64,000 bases of DNA from Nitrosopumilus sp. (GTDB lineage Archaea > Thermoproteota > Nitrososphaeria > Nitrososphaerales > Nitrosopumilaceae): positions 1,984,001 through 2,048,000 of the forward strand of contig OZ245003.1 of assembly GCA_965223425.1 (NCBI GenBank), written 5' to 3'. A model generated the notes under the pieces. That model was not told the DNA's origin and made no database searches. It saw only the letters and a list, made by a program, of their open reading frames with translations. This document shows positions 29,170 through 39,175 of this stretch, one piece after another; position 1 is the first letter of the stretch; each line of letters opens with the position of its first letter. The position numbers were made by a program, and so were the translations under genes.

Positions 29170-30756
29170 ATGAGCAAGCTAGATTCTGTTTTTTCTAAAG
29201 CATGTAGTGAAATCACTCAAAATCTACTTACAATTAACGAGCCCAGTAAAAAACAGGTAAAAGATGAAATCATAAAAATCTGTGCTAAATATTCACTAGA
29301 AAGAATTCCCAGAAATTATGAAATTCTGTCAATGGCAAAAGAATCAGATTTCAATAAATTAAAAAAAGTTTTGTTAAGAAAACCAGCTAAAACCGCATCA
29401 GGTGTTGCAGTAGTAGCATTAATGCCAAAACCATACGCTTGTCCACATGGACGGTGCACATATTGTCCGGGAGGAATTGAATTTAATTCTCCAAACAGCT
29501 ATACAGGCAAAGAACCATCTTCACTTAATGCCATTGAAAATGAATTTGATCCTAAATTACAAATCACATCAAAGATTGACAAACTAGTTGCATTTGGTCA
29601 TGAACCGTCTAAAATGGAGATTGTAATTGTTGGGGGCACTTTTCTGTTTATGCCAAGAGACTATCAAGAAAATTTTATCAAATCATGCTATGATGCTCTA
29701 AATGGAATAGATTCAAAAAATTTGCAAGAAGCAAAATCAAACAATGAACATGCATCAATAAGAAATGTTGGATTTACAATCGAAACAAAACCAGACTATT
29801 GTAAGAAAGAACACGTGGATTGGATGTTAAATTATGGAATCACAAGAGTGGAAATCGGAGTTCAGTCATTACAAGAAAGAGTTTATGAAATAGTCAACAG
29901 GGGCCACAACTATAATGATGTAACAGAATCATTTCAAATTTCTAAAGACGCAGGATACAAAATTGTCGCACATATGATGCCAGGATTGCCTACAGTGACA
30001 CCAGAAGAGGACATTGCAGATTTTAAAAAACTGTTTTCTGATTCACAGCTACGTCCAGACATGTTGAAGATTTATCCATCATTGGTAATTGAAAACACGC
30101 CACTCTATGAGGAATACAAGCAAGGAAGGTACACCCCATATTCAGACGAGGTCATGATCAAAGTGCTAACAGAAGCAAAAAAAAATATCCCAAAATGGGT
30201 CAGAGTCATGCGTGTACAAAGGGAGATCTCCCCAAATGAAATCATTGCAGGGCCAAAATCAGGTAATCTAAGGCAAATCGTGCATGAAAATCTGGCCAAA
30301 CAGGGAATTTCATGCAAATGTATCAGATGCAGAGAGGCAGGCCTTGCTAACAGAAAATCAGATGGAAAAGATGTCAAACTAAACAGAATGGATTATGATT
30401 CTTCAGACGGAAAAGAAGCATTCCTATCCTATGAAGACAAAAATGAATCAATTTATGGGTTTTTGAGATTAAGAAAACCAAGTGGCAATGCTCACAGAGG
30501 CGAAGTGAAAGAAAATTCTTGCATTGTAAGAGAACTTCATGTCTATGGAAAATCATTGAAGATTGGAGAAAAAGAGGAAAATGAGATTCAGCATTCAGGG
30601 TTGGGGAAAAATTTAATGAAAGAAGCAGAAAAAATTTCTAAAGAAGAATTTGATGCAAAGAAGATTCTAGTAATCAGCGCAGTGGGTACAAGAGAGTACT
30701 ATCAAAAATTAGGGTATTTGTTATATGGGCCATACATGTCTAAAACATTGAACTAG
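29170..30756 (+). CDS. elp3: Elp3 tRNA uridine(34) acetyltransferase (radical SAM + GNAT)
   Basis: CPHGRCTYCPGG, ETKPD, LKIYP, CRCIRCRE-like CKCIRCRE, VRELHVYG, QHSGLG and GTREYY. Confidence 0.96.
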   Translation: MSKLDSVFSKACSEITQNLLTINEPSKKQVKDEIIKICAKYSLERIPRNYEILSMAKESDFNKLKKVLLRKPAKTASGVAVVALMPKPYACPHGRCTYCPGGIEFNSPNSYTGKEPSSLNAIENEFDPKLQITSKIDKLVAFGHEPSKMEIVIVGGTFLFMPRDYQENFIKSCYDALNGIDSKNLQEAKSNNEHASIRNVGFTIETKPDYCKKEHVDWMLNYGITRVEIGVQSLQERVYEIVNRGHNYNDVTESFQISKDAGYKIVAHMMPGLPTVTPEEDIADFKKLFSDSQLRPDMLKIYPSLVIENTPLYEEYKQGRYTPYSDEVMIKVLTEAKKNIPKWVRVMRVQREISPNEIIAGPKSGNLRQIVHENLAKQGISCKCIRCREAGLANRKSDGKDVKLNRMDYDSSDGKEAFLSYEDKNESIYGFLRLRKPSGNAHRGEVKENSCIVRELHVYGKSLKIGEKEENEIQHSGLGKNLMKEAEKISKEEFDAKKILVISAVGTREYYQKLGYLLYGPYMSKTLN

Positions 30757-30765
30757 TGAAAAGAG

Positions 30766-32352
30766 ATGTCAGAACAAGAAACTATTGGAAAAGGAACATG
30801 GATAGACAAATTAGCTCATGAATTACTTGAACGTGAAAAGACGCTTGGTAGAAATTTGGATAACATCAAAGTGGAAAGTGGTCTTGGTGCATCAGGAGTT
30901 CCGCACATTGGAAGTCTAGGAGATGCAGTAAGGGCATACGGAGTCAAATTAGCATTAGAGAATTTTGGTTACAAATCAGAACTAATTGCATATTCAGATG
31001 ATCTTGATGGCTTGAGAAAAATTCCCGAGGGGCTTCCTGATTCCTTAGAAGAACATTTGGCAAAACCGGTATCGTTGATTCCAGATCCATATGGATGTCA
31101 TGACTCGTATGGAATGCACATGAGCAGTATTCTTTTAGATGGACTAGACAAGGTAGGAATAAAGTACGAGTTTAGAAGGGCAGCTGACACTTACAAACAA
31201 GGACTGCTAAAGGATCAAATCCACACAATCTTACAAAACAGCACAAGGATTGGAGAAAAGATTGCAGAGCTTGTAGGACAAGAGAAATATCAAAAATATC
31301 TCCCATACTTTCCTGTTTGTGCAAATTGTAATCGCCTATACACAGCAGAATCAACTGAATACATTTCTGATGAAAGAAAAGTAAAGTACAGATGCCATGA
31401 CGCTGAAATTGGCTCAAAAATGATCAAGGGCTGCGGCCATAAAGGGGAGGCAGACATTGGAAAGGACCTTGGAAAATTAGCCTGGAAGGTAGAATTTGCA
31501 GCCAGATGGACGGCATTTGACATTAGATTTGAAGCATATGGAAAAGACATTATGGATTCTGTAAAAGTAAATGATTGGGTGGCAGATGAGATTCTAGGGT
31601 ATGCACATCCCCATCACGTGAAATATGAGATGTTCCTAGACAAAGGTGGAAAAAAGATTTCAAAATCACTTGGAAATGTCATAACTGCACAAAAATGGTT
31701 AGAGTTTGGCAGTCCAGAATCAATTTTGTTACTATTATACAAAAGAATTACAGGTGCGCGAGAACTGGGATTCGAAGACATTCCATCATTAATGAATGAA
31801 TACAATGAACTAGAAGACGTTTACTTTGGAAGAATCAAAATAGACAATCAAGCAAAACTGACAAAATCAAAAGGGCTCTACGAGTATGTTAATCTGCTCA
31901 ACCCGCCAAAGCAACCAAGCACACATGTCAACTATCGACTTTTGATTGAATTAGCAAAAATCTTCAAAGAAAACAGAGGAGAAAGAGTAGTGAAAAAATT
32001 ACTAGACTATGGAGTAATAAAAAATCCAGAATCCGAGATTGAAAAACTAGTCGACATTGCAGGAAACTTTGCAGATGAATTTGACCCGCAAGAGAAGACA
32101 CGGATTGATTTAGATGACTCTGCAAAAAAAGCGTTGAAAATACTCACAGATGCACTTGATGCAGACAAAGAACCAGAAGACATTCAAAATACAATATACC
32201 AAATTGCAAAATCAAATGATGTACAGCCAAAAGACTTCTTTAAAATACTATATCAAATAATACTGGGAACATCCAGGGGCCCAAAGATAGGGCCTTTCAT
32301 TTCAGACATTGGAAGAAAGCAAGTGGCAAAAACACTGTCAGAGTATACATGA
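30766..32352 (+). CDS. lysS: Lysyl-tRNA synthetase class I
   Basis: SGVPHIGS, GKLAWKVEFAARW, FEAYGKD, KISKS and GPKIG. Confidence 0.96.
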   Translation: MSEQETIGKGTWIDKLAHELLEREKTLGRNLDNIKVESGLGASGVPHIGSLGDAVRAYGVKLALENFGYKSELIAYSDDLDGLRKIPEGLPDSLEEHLAKPVSLIPDPYGCHDSYGMHMSSILLDGLDKVGIKYEFRRAADTYKQGLLKDQIHTILQNSTRIGEKIAELVGQEKYQKYLPYFPVCANCNRLYTAESTEYISDERKVKYRCHDAEIGSKMIKGCGHKGEADIGKDLGKLAWKVEFAARWTAFDIRFEAYGKDIMDSVKVNDWVADEILGYAHPHHVKYEMFLDKGGKKISKSLGNVITAQKWLEFGSPESILLLLYKRITGARELGFEDIPSLMNEYNELEDVYFGRIKIDNQAKLTKSKGLYEYVNLLNPPKQPSTHVNYRLLIELAKIFKENRGERVVKKLLDYGVIKNPESEIEKLVDIAGNFADEFDPQEKTRIDLDDSAKKALKILTDALDADKEPEDIQNTIYQIAKSNDVQPKDFFKILYQIILGTSRGPKIGPFISDIGRKQVAKTLSEYT

Positions 32353-32555
32353 TCATGGTTCACGGTGAACATAACAGGACAAGAAACAGCGGAGGATTTG
32401 CACTGATAATTTTTGGAGCATTGTTGCTATTTCTTGCACCAAATATCTACCCAAGCATGCCAGAATTAGGCATAGTTTCCCTAGTTGGAGGAATGATTAT
32501 TGGCAGCATTGGATTCTATCTAAAATTCATTAGAACGCGGGTTAAACAAGAGTGA
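32349..32555 (+). CDS. Small two-TM membrane protein
   Basis: Two hydrophobic segments; overlaps neighbours operon-style. Confidence 0.6.
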   Translation: MIMVHGEHNRTRNSGGFALIIFGALLLFLAPNIYPSMPELGIVSLVGGMIIGSIGFYLKFIRTRVKQE

Positions 32556-33328
32556 AAGAGATGGGATTTTTTACAAAGAAAAAAGTTGAAGAGGCAATTT
32601 CAGAAAAAAGTGAAGAATACGCACAAAAAGAGGAGCTTGAGGCAGAAATGGAAAATATTCAAAATGAATACAGGGCAAAACAAGAGGAGCTCAACGAGAT
32701 TAGACAGAAAATTGAGATGGTAAAAGACGAATACGAGGCCACAGTCAGCAGCCTCATGTTAGTCAAAAAGGAACTCAACCAAAAAAAACTGGAGCTTGAT
32801 GTAGCCGTACGGGAACATAAAGAGATTAGCGAAAAAATCAGAAAGTCAGAAAAGATTACAGATTCAGAATCAATTAGCAGATTTAGCAAAACAGAAGAGA
32901 GTCTACTAAGGATCAAACAAGAATTAAAAAAGATCACAAAAGAGTACGATCAAACTAAAGAACAAATGACGCAGGAACAGGCCTTGCTTCGTAGCATCAG
33001 AAATCAAAACATGGAATACAAAAAGGAGCTAGAAGAAGCAACATCTAGGCTATATAACGCAAAAGAGGAATTGGCAAAAAAAGATCAGTTTCAAGACACC
33101 AGTGTTTTGACTCCTAAAGAAAAAGAATTCATTGGAGGCGATGATTTAGATCAAAAAACATCTGCAGGGGTAATTGAGGCAGCAAGTGCAGTAGTAGGAT
33201 CGTTAAAGTCAAAACTTAACATGACACAAAAAGAACTAGAAGCAATACAGTTACTTTTAGAACAGGAAAGAGACGCACACAATAAAACTAAACAAGAATT
33301 AGAGAAACTAAGGAGGACAAAATCATAA
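32552..33328 (+). CDS. Coiled-coil hypothetical protein
   Basis: E/K/Q-rich heptads; C-terminal GVIEAASAVVGSLKSKL segment. Confidence 0.7.
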   Translation: MKEMGFFTKKKVEEAISEKSEEYAQKEELEAEMENIQNEYRAKQEELNEIRQKIEMVKDEYEATVSSLMLVKKELNQKKLELDVAVREHKEISEKIRKSEKITDSESISRFSKTEESLLRIKQELKKITKEYDQTKEQMTQEQALLRSIRNQNMEYKKELEEATSRLYNAKEELAKKDQFQDTSVLTPKEKEFIGGDDLDQKTSAGVIEAASAVVGSLKSKLNMTQKELEAIQLLLEQERDAHNKTKQELEKLRRTKS

Positions 33329-33763
33329 ATTTTCAAAGTGTTTTTTCCACTTTGCTTTAATTTCTTGCTCTGATATTCCCATGTCATATAATGGTGAAGT
33401 TACTTCAGACACATCTGAAACTTTAACTAACACAATTGAATTAATTGGACTTTTAATTCCTTTTTTTCTATAATGGTTTAAAATTTCCTCATACAGTGAA
33501 CTGTCACTAATTATTTGAGCCTGACCCTGAAACAGATAGCCCTTACGCAAAAGCGGATCAATTACATTAATTTCAACAAAAGAATTGCTTTGTAAATTCT
33601 TGATTGTGTCAGGTGAGCGAATGTCTGCAAAGGCCAATGTTTCTAAAGTCCAACCAATGATAGTTCCTTTTGGAGAAAGGTTTGGTTTGCCATCAGAAGT
33701 GACAGTTGCTACATAACCGAGCTTTTGTAGATTCAAAAAGTCTTTGATTTCTTGGGTAATCAT
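33323..33763 (-). CDS. Pyridoxamine 5'-phosphate oxidase-like FMN-binding protein
   Basis: VATVTSDGKPNLSPKG...TIKNL..N...RKGY. Confidence 0.85.
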   Translation of the reverse strand: MITQEIKDFLNLQKLGYVATVTSDGKPNLSPKGTIIGWTLETLAFADIRSPDTIKNLQSNSFVEINVIDPLLRKGYLFQGQAQIISDSSLYEEILNHYRKKGIKSPINSIVLVKVSDVSEVTSPLYDMGISEQEIKAKWKKHFENL

Positions 33764-33808
33764 ACTAATTATCACTACAAATAACTACAAGGTAATTAGT
33801 TTTCAAAA

Positions 33809-33907
33809 TCATCGCATGAATTCAGCCATCTCTATAGAAAAGAAGAAGAACCCAATTCCACCGCCAATAATTGCAATCCAAGCTAGAATTTGTTTGATTT
33901 TAGACAT
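33809..33907 (-). CDS. Single-TM microprotein (32 aa)
   Basis: Manual translation MSKIKQILAWIAIIGGGIGFFFFSIEMAEFMR. Confidence 0.5.
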   Translation of the reverse strand: MSKIKQILAWIAIIGGGIGFFFFSIEMAEFMR

Positions 33908-33992
33908 TATGAAGAGAATTTGCTAACCTCACTATTGAATCTACTTGGATTTTTCCAGAAATTATAATTAGACTCGCGTGAACTAGCAACTA

Positions 33993-34142
33993 TTGGCAAG
34001 TATCAAAGATGTTGGTAAATTCTTTTTATTTATTGCCGGGGGAATTGTGGCAATAATTGTCGGTTCTTTTATGATTAGAGGAACTATGCATCTTTGGGAC
34101 AGAGCAGAAAAGAAAAAAACAGATGAAAAAGACAAGGACTAA
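33993..34142 (+). CDS. Single-TM microprotein (49 aa)
   Basis: Manual translation MASIKDVGKFFLFIAGGIVAIIVGSFMIRGTMHLWDRAEKKKTDEKDKD. Confidence 0.55.
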   Translation: MASIKDVGKFFLFIAGGIVAIIVGSFMIRGTMHLWDRAEKKKTDEKDKD

Positions 34143-34168
34143 AAACAAGTATTGTGAAATTATAACAA

Positions 34169-34465
34169 TTGCTTCAGGATTCTACAATTAGAAAATCACT
34201 TGATCAGTACGTTAAAAGAAGAATTCAAGAGATACCAACAGAAATTAAACAAACATTTCCAAACATCAGACAAATTTGGAAGTGTGATGACGAATTAGAA
34301 TTTCTTTATGGATACTATGTTGGAAAAATTGAAGAGGGAGCTTTGCATTATTTACTCAAAGCAACTCGTGCATCAGCTGGAGGATATGTAGATACTTTTG
34401 AAATTAGAGGAATTATTGAAATGCACAAAAAGGAATTGCAAGACACAATAAAGTCTTCAATTTAG
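34169..34465 (+). CDS. Hypothetical protein
   Basis: 98-aa ORF with EFLYGYYVGKIE motif. Confidence 0.65.
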   Translation: MLQDSTIRKSLDQYVKRRIQEIPTEIKQTFPNIRQIWKCDDELEFLYGYYVGKIEEGALHYLLKATRASAGGYVDTFEIRGIIEMHKKELQDTIKSSI

Positions 34466-34499
34466 TGAAGTAGAAATACTACATCAATCATACAAAAAC

Positions 34500-34673
34500 A
34501 TGGTAGGACCACAAGACGGGGGCTTTGGGTTTGATCAATCTAAAAAATATACAAGCGTGGATAACATCGAGGAAGTTTGTGTACAGTGCCAAGCAGGCCA
34601 ACACAAAAAGTGTTTGAAAAAATCAAAGCAACAAGAAAATTGTGAATGTGAGCACTGCATGATTTATGGCTAA
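34500..34673 (+). CDS. Cys-rich microprotein (57 aa)
   Basis: Manual translation containing CVQC...H..C...CECEHC. Confidence 0.6.
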   Translation: MVGPQDGGFGFDQSKKYTSVDNIEEVCVQCQAGQHKKCLKKSKQQENCECEHCMIYG

Positions 34674-34725
34674 ATAAAAAGATAGATCAGAGATTATTAA
34701 TACCATAACACAGTATGAATTGATC

Positions 34726-34845
34726 GTGTCAAACCAATACACATTCCAATGCAAGTTTTGTGGAAAAGAATACGGTACAGATATTGTAGAATTAGCATTG
34801 CATATTGGCAGGGTTCATGACAAGCCAAGAAATTCATCAGTGTAA
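34726..34845 (+). CDS. C2H2-type zinc-finger microprotein (39 aa)
   Basis: Manual translation MSNQYTFQCKFCGKEYGTDIVELALHIGRVHDKPRNSSV. Confidence 0.6.
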   Translation: MSNQYTFQCKFCGKEYGTDIVELALHIGRVHDKPRNSSV

Positions 34846-34965
34846 TTAGAAATTAAAAAATGAAATGCAGTAACAAGAAAACATGCTGTTATCATGATAA
34901 TTCCATTCACATGATGGTAGCGGCAAATGCCTGGTTAGAGGCTGCAAATGTGAAAAATTTAAAAA

Positions 34966-35298
34966 CTAAAGGCCAGATAACTTGTTTTCAAGTTCCTGAA
35001 TCTCTTTTTGAGACAAATCAGAAACATTTTGGGCAAACTCTTTGTGTGCTGAAATAATACTAGTCAGTGTATCTTTGTAATCCGGATGGCCTTTTTTGAT
35101 CACATCACATGATTCAAGTGAGGTAATATGGCCAGTTACAGTTGCAATTGCACCTTTTTGGTTAAACTTTACAATCCCACCAAATGCTTCAATTAACATG
35201 TAAGCAGATTCTGCTTTACACTCGTAAGTAACTCTACCAGTTTCAGTGTTGAATAGTTGTGTTACACCGCCTGGTTTTCTTGTTACAATAACTGTCAT
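34966..35298 (-). CDS. Hypothetical protein
   Basis: About 110-aa ORF with AT-rich upstream region. Confidence 0.6.
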   Translation of the reverse strand: MTVIVTRKPGGVTQLFNTETGRVTYECKAESAYMLIEAFGGIVKFNQKGAIATVTGHITSLESCDVIKKGHPDYKDTLTSIISAHKEFAQNVSDLSQKEIQELENKLSGL

Positions 35299-35346
35299 GA
35301 AATAATTCAAAACAATGCAGTATTAATTATTTTAGAAAAAGAATTT

Positions 35347-35871
35347 CTAAGCGGCGGAGGCATCCTCAGCAGAAGCTGCTGCAGCATCTGCTGCAAGAAC
35401 TTTGTCGATCTCATTTATTGCTAGCTTATCCCGGCCGATTAGATCAAACTTTTGCAAGAGCGTTTCAAACTTTGTTTCTTCTTGAACTTGTTCGTTTACA
35501 AACCATTCCAGAAATGCATATGTTGAGTGATCTTTTTCTTTTTGTGCAATCTCCACCATTTTGTGAATTGCCTTTGTTACTAGCTGTTCATTCTTTAGTG
35601 CGGCCTTGACTAGCCCTTCAAGTGATTTGTACGAACCTGCAGGAGATTTGGTCGCAGGAATTGTTGCAGTAGCTCCCACATCATTTAGATAGTGAACAAC
35701 TTTTAGCATGTGAGCTCGCTCTTCATCTGATTGTGCGTAAAAATAATCTGCGCCGCCTTGATAGCCTGTTACTTCACACCATGATGCCATTGCAAGATAA
35801 CTGTTAGAAGCTGTAGCCTCTAGTGCGACTTGATCATTTAGTGCTTTTTTCATTTTTGCAGAAATTTTCAT
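35347..35871 (-). CDS. ftnA: Non-heme ferritin
   Basis: ALNDQVALE..YLAMASW, QSDEERAH, KDHSTYAFLEWFVNEQVQEE ferroxidase residues. Confidence 0.93.
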   Translation of the reverse strand: MKISAKMKKALNDQVALEATASNSYLAMASWCEVTGYQGGADYFYAQSDEERAHMLKVVHYLNDVGATATIPATKSPAGSYKSLEGLVKAALKNEQLVTKAIHKMVEIAQKEKDHSTYAFLEWFVNEQVQEETKFETLLQKFDLIGRDKLAINEIDKVLAADAAAASAEDASAA

Positions 35872-35904
35872 AGAAAACCATTGTTTCAAATAGAATTTAA
35901 AGGA

Positions 35905-37170
35905 TCATGAAAAAAATCGCGTGACTATGAAAAATATTGCAAATCCGGTAAGGAAAACTATTCCTGAAAAACTCAGAATTTTAAGCGCCACAGAGGGATG
36001 AGAATCCTCATCGAGATGTTTGCCTGTGACTAGTCTAAAATTAAAGATTGCAATTATGGGTGCTATAAGAAATGATAAGACAGTGGCAAAATCAACTAGC
36101 TCTCTGAGATTATTTTCAAATTCAAAAATTATTACAATACCGCCAATAGCAATGACTAGCAAGAAAATAACATAAAATGTACGGAACTTTGTCCGTATTT
36201 TTGCCTCTCTTTTAGTAAAAATCAATTCGACTGTTCTGTGTAATGAACGTGAGTAACCATCCAAAACTGCAATGGTTGTTCCAAACATTACAGTAAAGGC
36301 AGACGCTGCTATGATGACGTAACTCCAATCACCAATAGTTTGTGTGTATAGCGTTACTATTTTGTGTGCAAAGTGTGCGTTGTTATTTGGTAGCTCTTCA
36401 CCAGAGCCAAAAAACATGAAAGAGCCAAGCGTGACAAACATTATTGCAAGAATTCCAGTTATCAAATACGTTAGCCTAAATTCAAAAAGGGTTTCTTTGA
36501 GTTTGGGTTTGAAATTAGTTTGTTTGGATCTCTCTAATGTCCACAAGCTATTCCAAGCAGAAAGATCAACTGGGGCTGGCATCCATCCCATTAATGCAAG
36601 CAGGAAAAAGATTCCAGTGATGTTCCATAGTTCCTTTGGCACAAATCCTTCTACTGGCTCTATTGGGCCATTGTACAATGCAAGCAAGAATGCAGATACG
36701 GTAGAAATCACTAGCACGACAACTATAATCTTGATCAGGCTGTCAAGTACGCTGTATTTTCCAACTGCCAGTATTCCAACACATGTTGCAAATAAGATCA
36801 CCAGAGTCCATCCTCCAAGAGATTCTATTCCAAAAAGATTTTCAAAAAAGCCTGCAGTTACAAACCCCACTGCACCTGTAACAAAAAACATGGAGCCAAC
36901 AGTTAACAGAAAATACAGCCACAATGCAGGTCTTCCAAGTTTCTTGTAACCATCAATGATGCTTGTTTGTGTAGAGTTTGCATAGCGAGAGCCAAACTCA
37001 AAGAAGGGGTATTTTAGCAAAGTAGCGACAATAACAAATCCCAGAATTAGCAAGCCAAAATCAGCGCCAGCTCTAGTTGATTGTATTAGATGAGATACGC
37101 CGATTGCAGTACTTGCAAATAATATTCCAGGACCAGCTGTTTTTGTAAAGCGAGATAGTTGCTCATGCAT
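35905..37170 (-). CDS. NRAMP-like divalent metal transporter
   Basis: GPGILFASTAIGVSHLIQSTRAGA, KYPFFEFG and DGYSR; multi-TM. Confidence 0.8.
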   Translation of the reverse strand: MHEQLSRFTKTAGPGILFASTAIGVSHLIQSTRAGADFGLLILGFVIVATLLKYPFFEFGSRYANSTQTSIIDGYKKLGRPALWLYFLLTVGSMFFVTGAVGFVTAGFFENLFGIESLGGWTLVILFATCVGILAVGKYSVLDSLIKIIVVVLVISTVSAFLLALYNGPIEPVEGFVPKELWNITGIFFLLALMGWMPAPVDLSAWNSLWTLERSKQTNFKPKLKETLFEFRLTYLITGILAIMFVTLGSFMFFGSGEELPNNNAHFAHKIVTLYTQTIGDWSYVIIAASAFTVMFGTTIAVLDGYSRSLHRTVELIFTKREAKIRTKFRTFYVIFLLVIAIGGIVIIFEFENNLRELVDFATVLSFLIAPIIAIFNFRLVTGKHLDEDSHPSVALKILSFSGIVFLTGFAIFFIVTRFFS

Positions 37171-37194
37171 AATTTACAAAAAACCTTCTAAAAC

Positions 37195-37566
37195 CTAAAC
37201 AATATTAACTTTCCAAGAGCCATCAACGTAAACGCCAACTACTTTGACACCCAAATTCCATGAAGAAATAGCTTCAACTCCTTTTTTGACAAACTCGGCA
37301 TGTTCCACATCAGAAACTGGGTTTGCTGCACAGTTATAATGCCCAGAAAAAACAATTAATTCTGATTTGTGAGCATGGATGGATATTCTAGCTTTGGCTT
37401 TGATTGATTCAAGCACAGAATCCTTTGTGAGGTTCTTATCTACGCCTGGCTCAGTGACTGTATCCACATAGTCAACAGAATAATTTTCTTTAATCCAATT
37501 TGCTATTGGAATTTGTATTCTGCCATCTATACATGAGATTGAAGTTGCAAATTTTCCTTCAGACAC
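37195..37566 (-). CDS. Putative beta-class carbonic anhydrase-like protein
   Basis: SCIDGR and GHYNCAAN zinc-ligand motifs. Confidence 0.75.
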   Translation of the reverse strand: MSEGKFATSISCIDGRIQIPIANWIKENYSVDYVDTVTEPGVDKNLTKDSVLESIKAKARISIHAHKSELIVFSGHYNCAANPVSDVEHAEFVKKGVEAISSWNLGVKVVGVYVDGSWKVNIV

Positions 37567-37595
37567 AAGTTCGGATAGTTGTTCTAGTTTAAAAA

Positions 37596-38150
37596 TTATT
37601 TCTGATACAAAAAGCATTCAGAGGTATGATCATTTACCATGCCTGTTGCCTGCATCAGCGCATAGCAAATTGTAGGGCCGACAAAGCTAAAGCCGCGTTT
37701 TTTTAGATCCTGGCTTAATTTCTCTGATATTTTAGTTGATGCGGGCAGATCAGATAATTTTTTAAACTTATTTTTGATCGGCTTGCGTTCTACAAATCCC
37801 CACAAATACCCATCAAACGAACCAAATTCGTCTTGAATTTTGAGAAACTGCTTTGCATTGTTGATAGCAGAAGTGACTTTGAGTTTATTTCGAATAATAG
37901 ATTCATCTTTGAGTAGTTTTTGGATATGTCTCTGAGTGTATTTTGAGACTAGCTGTGGATCAAAATTAGAAAAAGCCTTTCTGTATCCATCTCTTCGTTT
38001 GAGAATAGTAGTCCAGGAAAGACCGGCTTGGGCGCCCTCTAGTATTAAAAATTCAAATAATTTTTGATCGTTGTGCTGCGGTCTTCCCCATTCCTTATCA
38101 TGATAGGCAATGTTTGGTTCATCTTTTGCCCATTGGCATCGTTTTTTCAT
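37596..38150 (-). CDS. tag: DNA-3-methyladenine glycosylase I
   Basis: RCQWA, YHDKEWG, LEGAQAGLSW, IIRNKLK, FVGPT and GMVNDH..C. Confidence 0.96.
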   Translation of the reverse strand: MKKRCQWAKDEPNIAYHDKEWGRPQHNDQKLFEFLILEGAQAGLSWTTILKRRDGYRKAFSNFDPQLVSKYTQRHIQKLLKDESIIRNKLKVTSAINNAKQFLKIQDEFGSFDGYLWGFVERKPIKNKFKKLSDLPASTKISEKLSQDLKKRGFSFVGPTICYALMQATGMVNDHTSECFLYQK

Positions 38151-38202
38151 AATTTGTCTATCAGGTGATACAAAATATTAGTTATCAAATATTAGAAAAA
38201 TT

Positions 38203-38628
38203 ATGAAGTCAAATCAGCAGTTATTGCAGATGAACAGAAATTTTCTGATCTGCTTTATTGTATCGGCCTTGTTATCGGCAATGGCTGCCCAGCTATTATC
38301 AGGTTATGAAAGTTATCTAAACACAACATTTACCATAATCATTGGATACGTAGCTTATTTTGGAATTTTTTCATGTTTGTTTTATTGGAACAATAAAGAA
38401 CGCTACAAGACTATGAAAGTAAATTTAATCAAGAGAGAACTGCTAGCCTTGATTTCATCATTTGGGATAGGAGAAATGGTATATCTTGGAATAAGGTGGC
38501 CAACTCTATATTATTTTCTTGAGATTGGAATAGAACCATACATTGCATCATTGGTTTCAGAAACTATTGCAACTGCATGCTATATGGTGACAGTTACATT
38601 ATTTCTTAGAAAAACAAAAACGTTTTAG
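38203..38628 (+). CDS. Four-TM membrane protein (GtrA-like)
   Basis: Four hydrophobic segments. Confidence 0.55.
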   Translation: MKSNQQLLQMNRNFLICFIVSALLSAMAAQLLSGYESYLNTTFTIIIGYVAYFGIFSCLFYWNNKERYKTMKVNLIKRELLALISSFGIGEMVYLGIRWPTLYYFLEIGIEPYIASLVSETIATACYMVTVTLFLRKTKTF

Positions 38629-39036
38629 TTATTTTGCAAGTTGATTAACTAGATCAGTGGATGTTATAATTCCAACAATATTACCATTATCAGTCACTGC
38701 AAGTTTTCTAATTTTTTTGCTGCTCATCATTTCTGCTGCAGCAGAGATTGGTTCATCATGATTGATGGTGATTAATGGAGATGACATTATCTTTTCCACA
38801 GGAGTGTCAAATGGAAGGTTATTTGCAGCAATTTTTGTTGCAAAATCTCTATCTGTAACTATGCCAACAAGATTTTCATTCTTTTTTACAAGAATTGCGC
38901 CAATTCCTCCTTGTTCCATCATTTTTGCTATTTGATGTGCAGTAGTGGCAGTATTGACAGTGATCAAAGCTCTTGCCATGATGTCTTTGACTATAATGGA
39001 AGAGGAGTTGAAATCTTCACGACTCATTACAGACAT
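38629..39036 (-). CDS. CBS domain protein
   Basis: Two CBS repeats (VKDIM...VGIVTDRD; VEKIMS...VGIITSTD). Confidence 0.92.
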   Translation of the reverse strand: MSVMSREDFNSSSIIVKDIMARALITVNTATTAHQIAKMMEQGGIGAILVKKNENLVGIVTDRDFATKIAANNLPFDTPVEKIMSSPLITINHDEPISAAAEMMSSKKIRKLAVTDNGNIVGIITSTDLVNQLAK

Positions 39037-39079
39037 AGCAAATAATGATATTTAAGATCTTCATAAAAAATTTAGAAAA

Positions 39080-39154
39080 CGGGCTCGGTCGGATTCGAAC
39101 CGACGACCTAACGCTCCGCAAGCGTTCGCACTATCCATGCTGTGCAACGAGTCC
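39080..39154 (-). tRNA. tRNA-Arg (GCG)
   Basis: Minus strand GGACTCG...AACGC-TT-GCG-GA-GCGTT...GTTCGAATC...CGAGCCC-G. Confidence 0.95.
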
Positions 39155-39175
39155 GAAAAGTTTTGAAATTCACGC

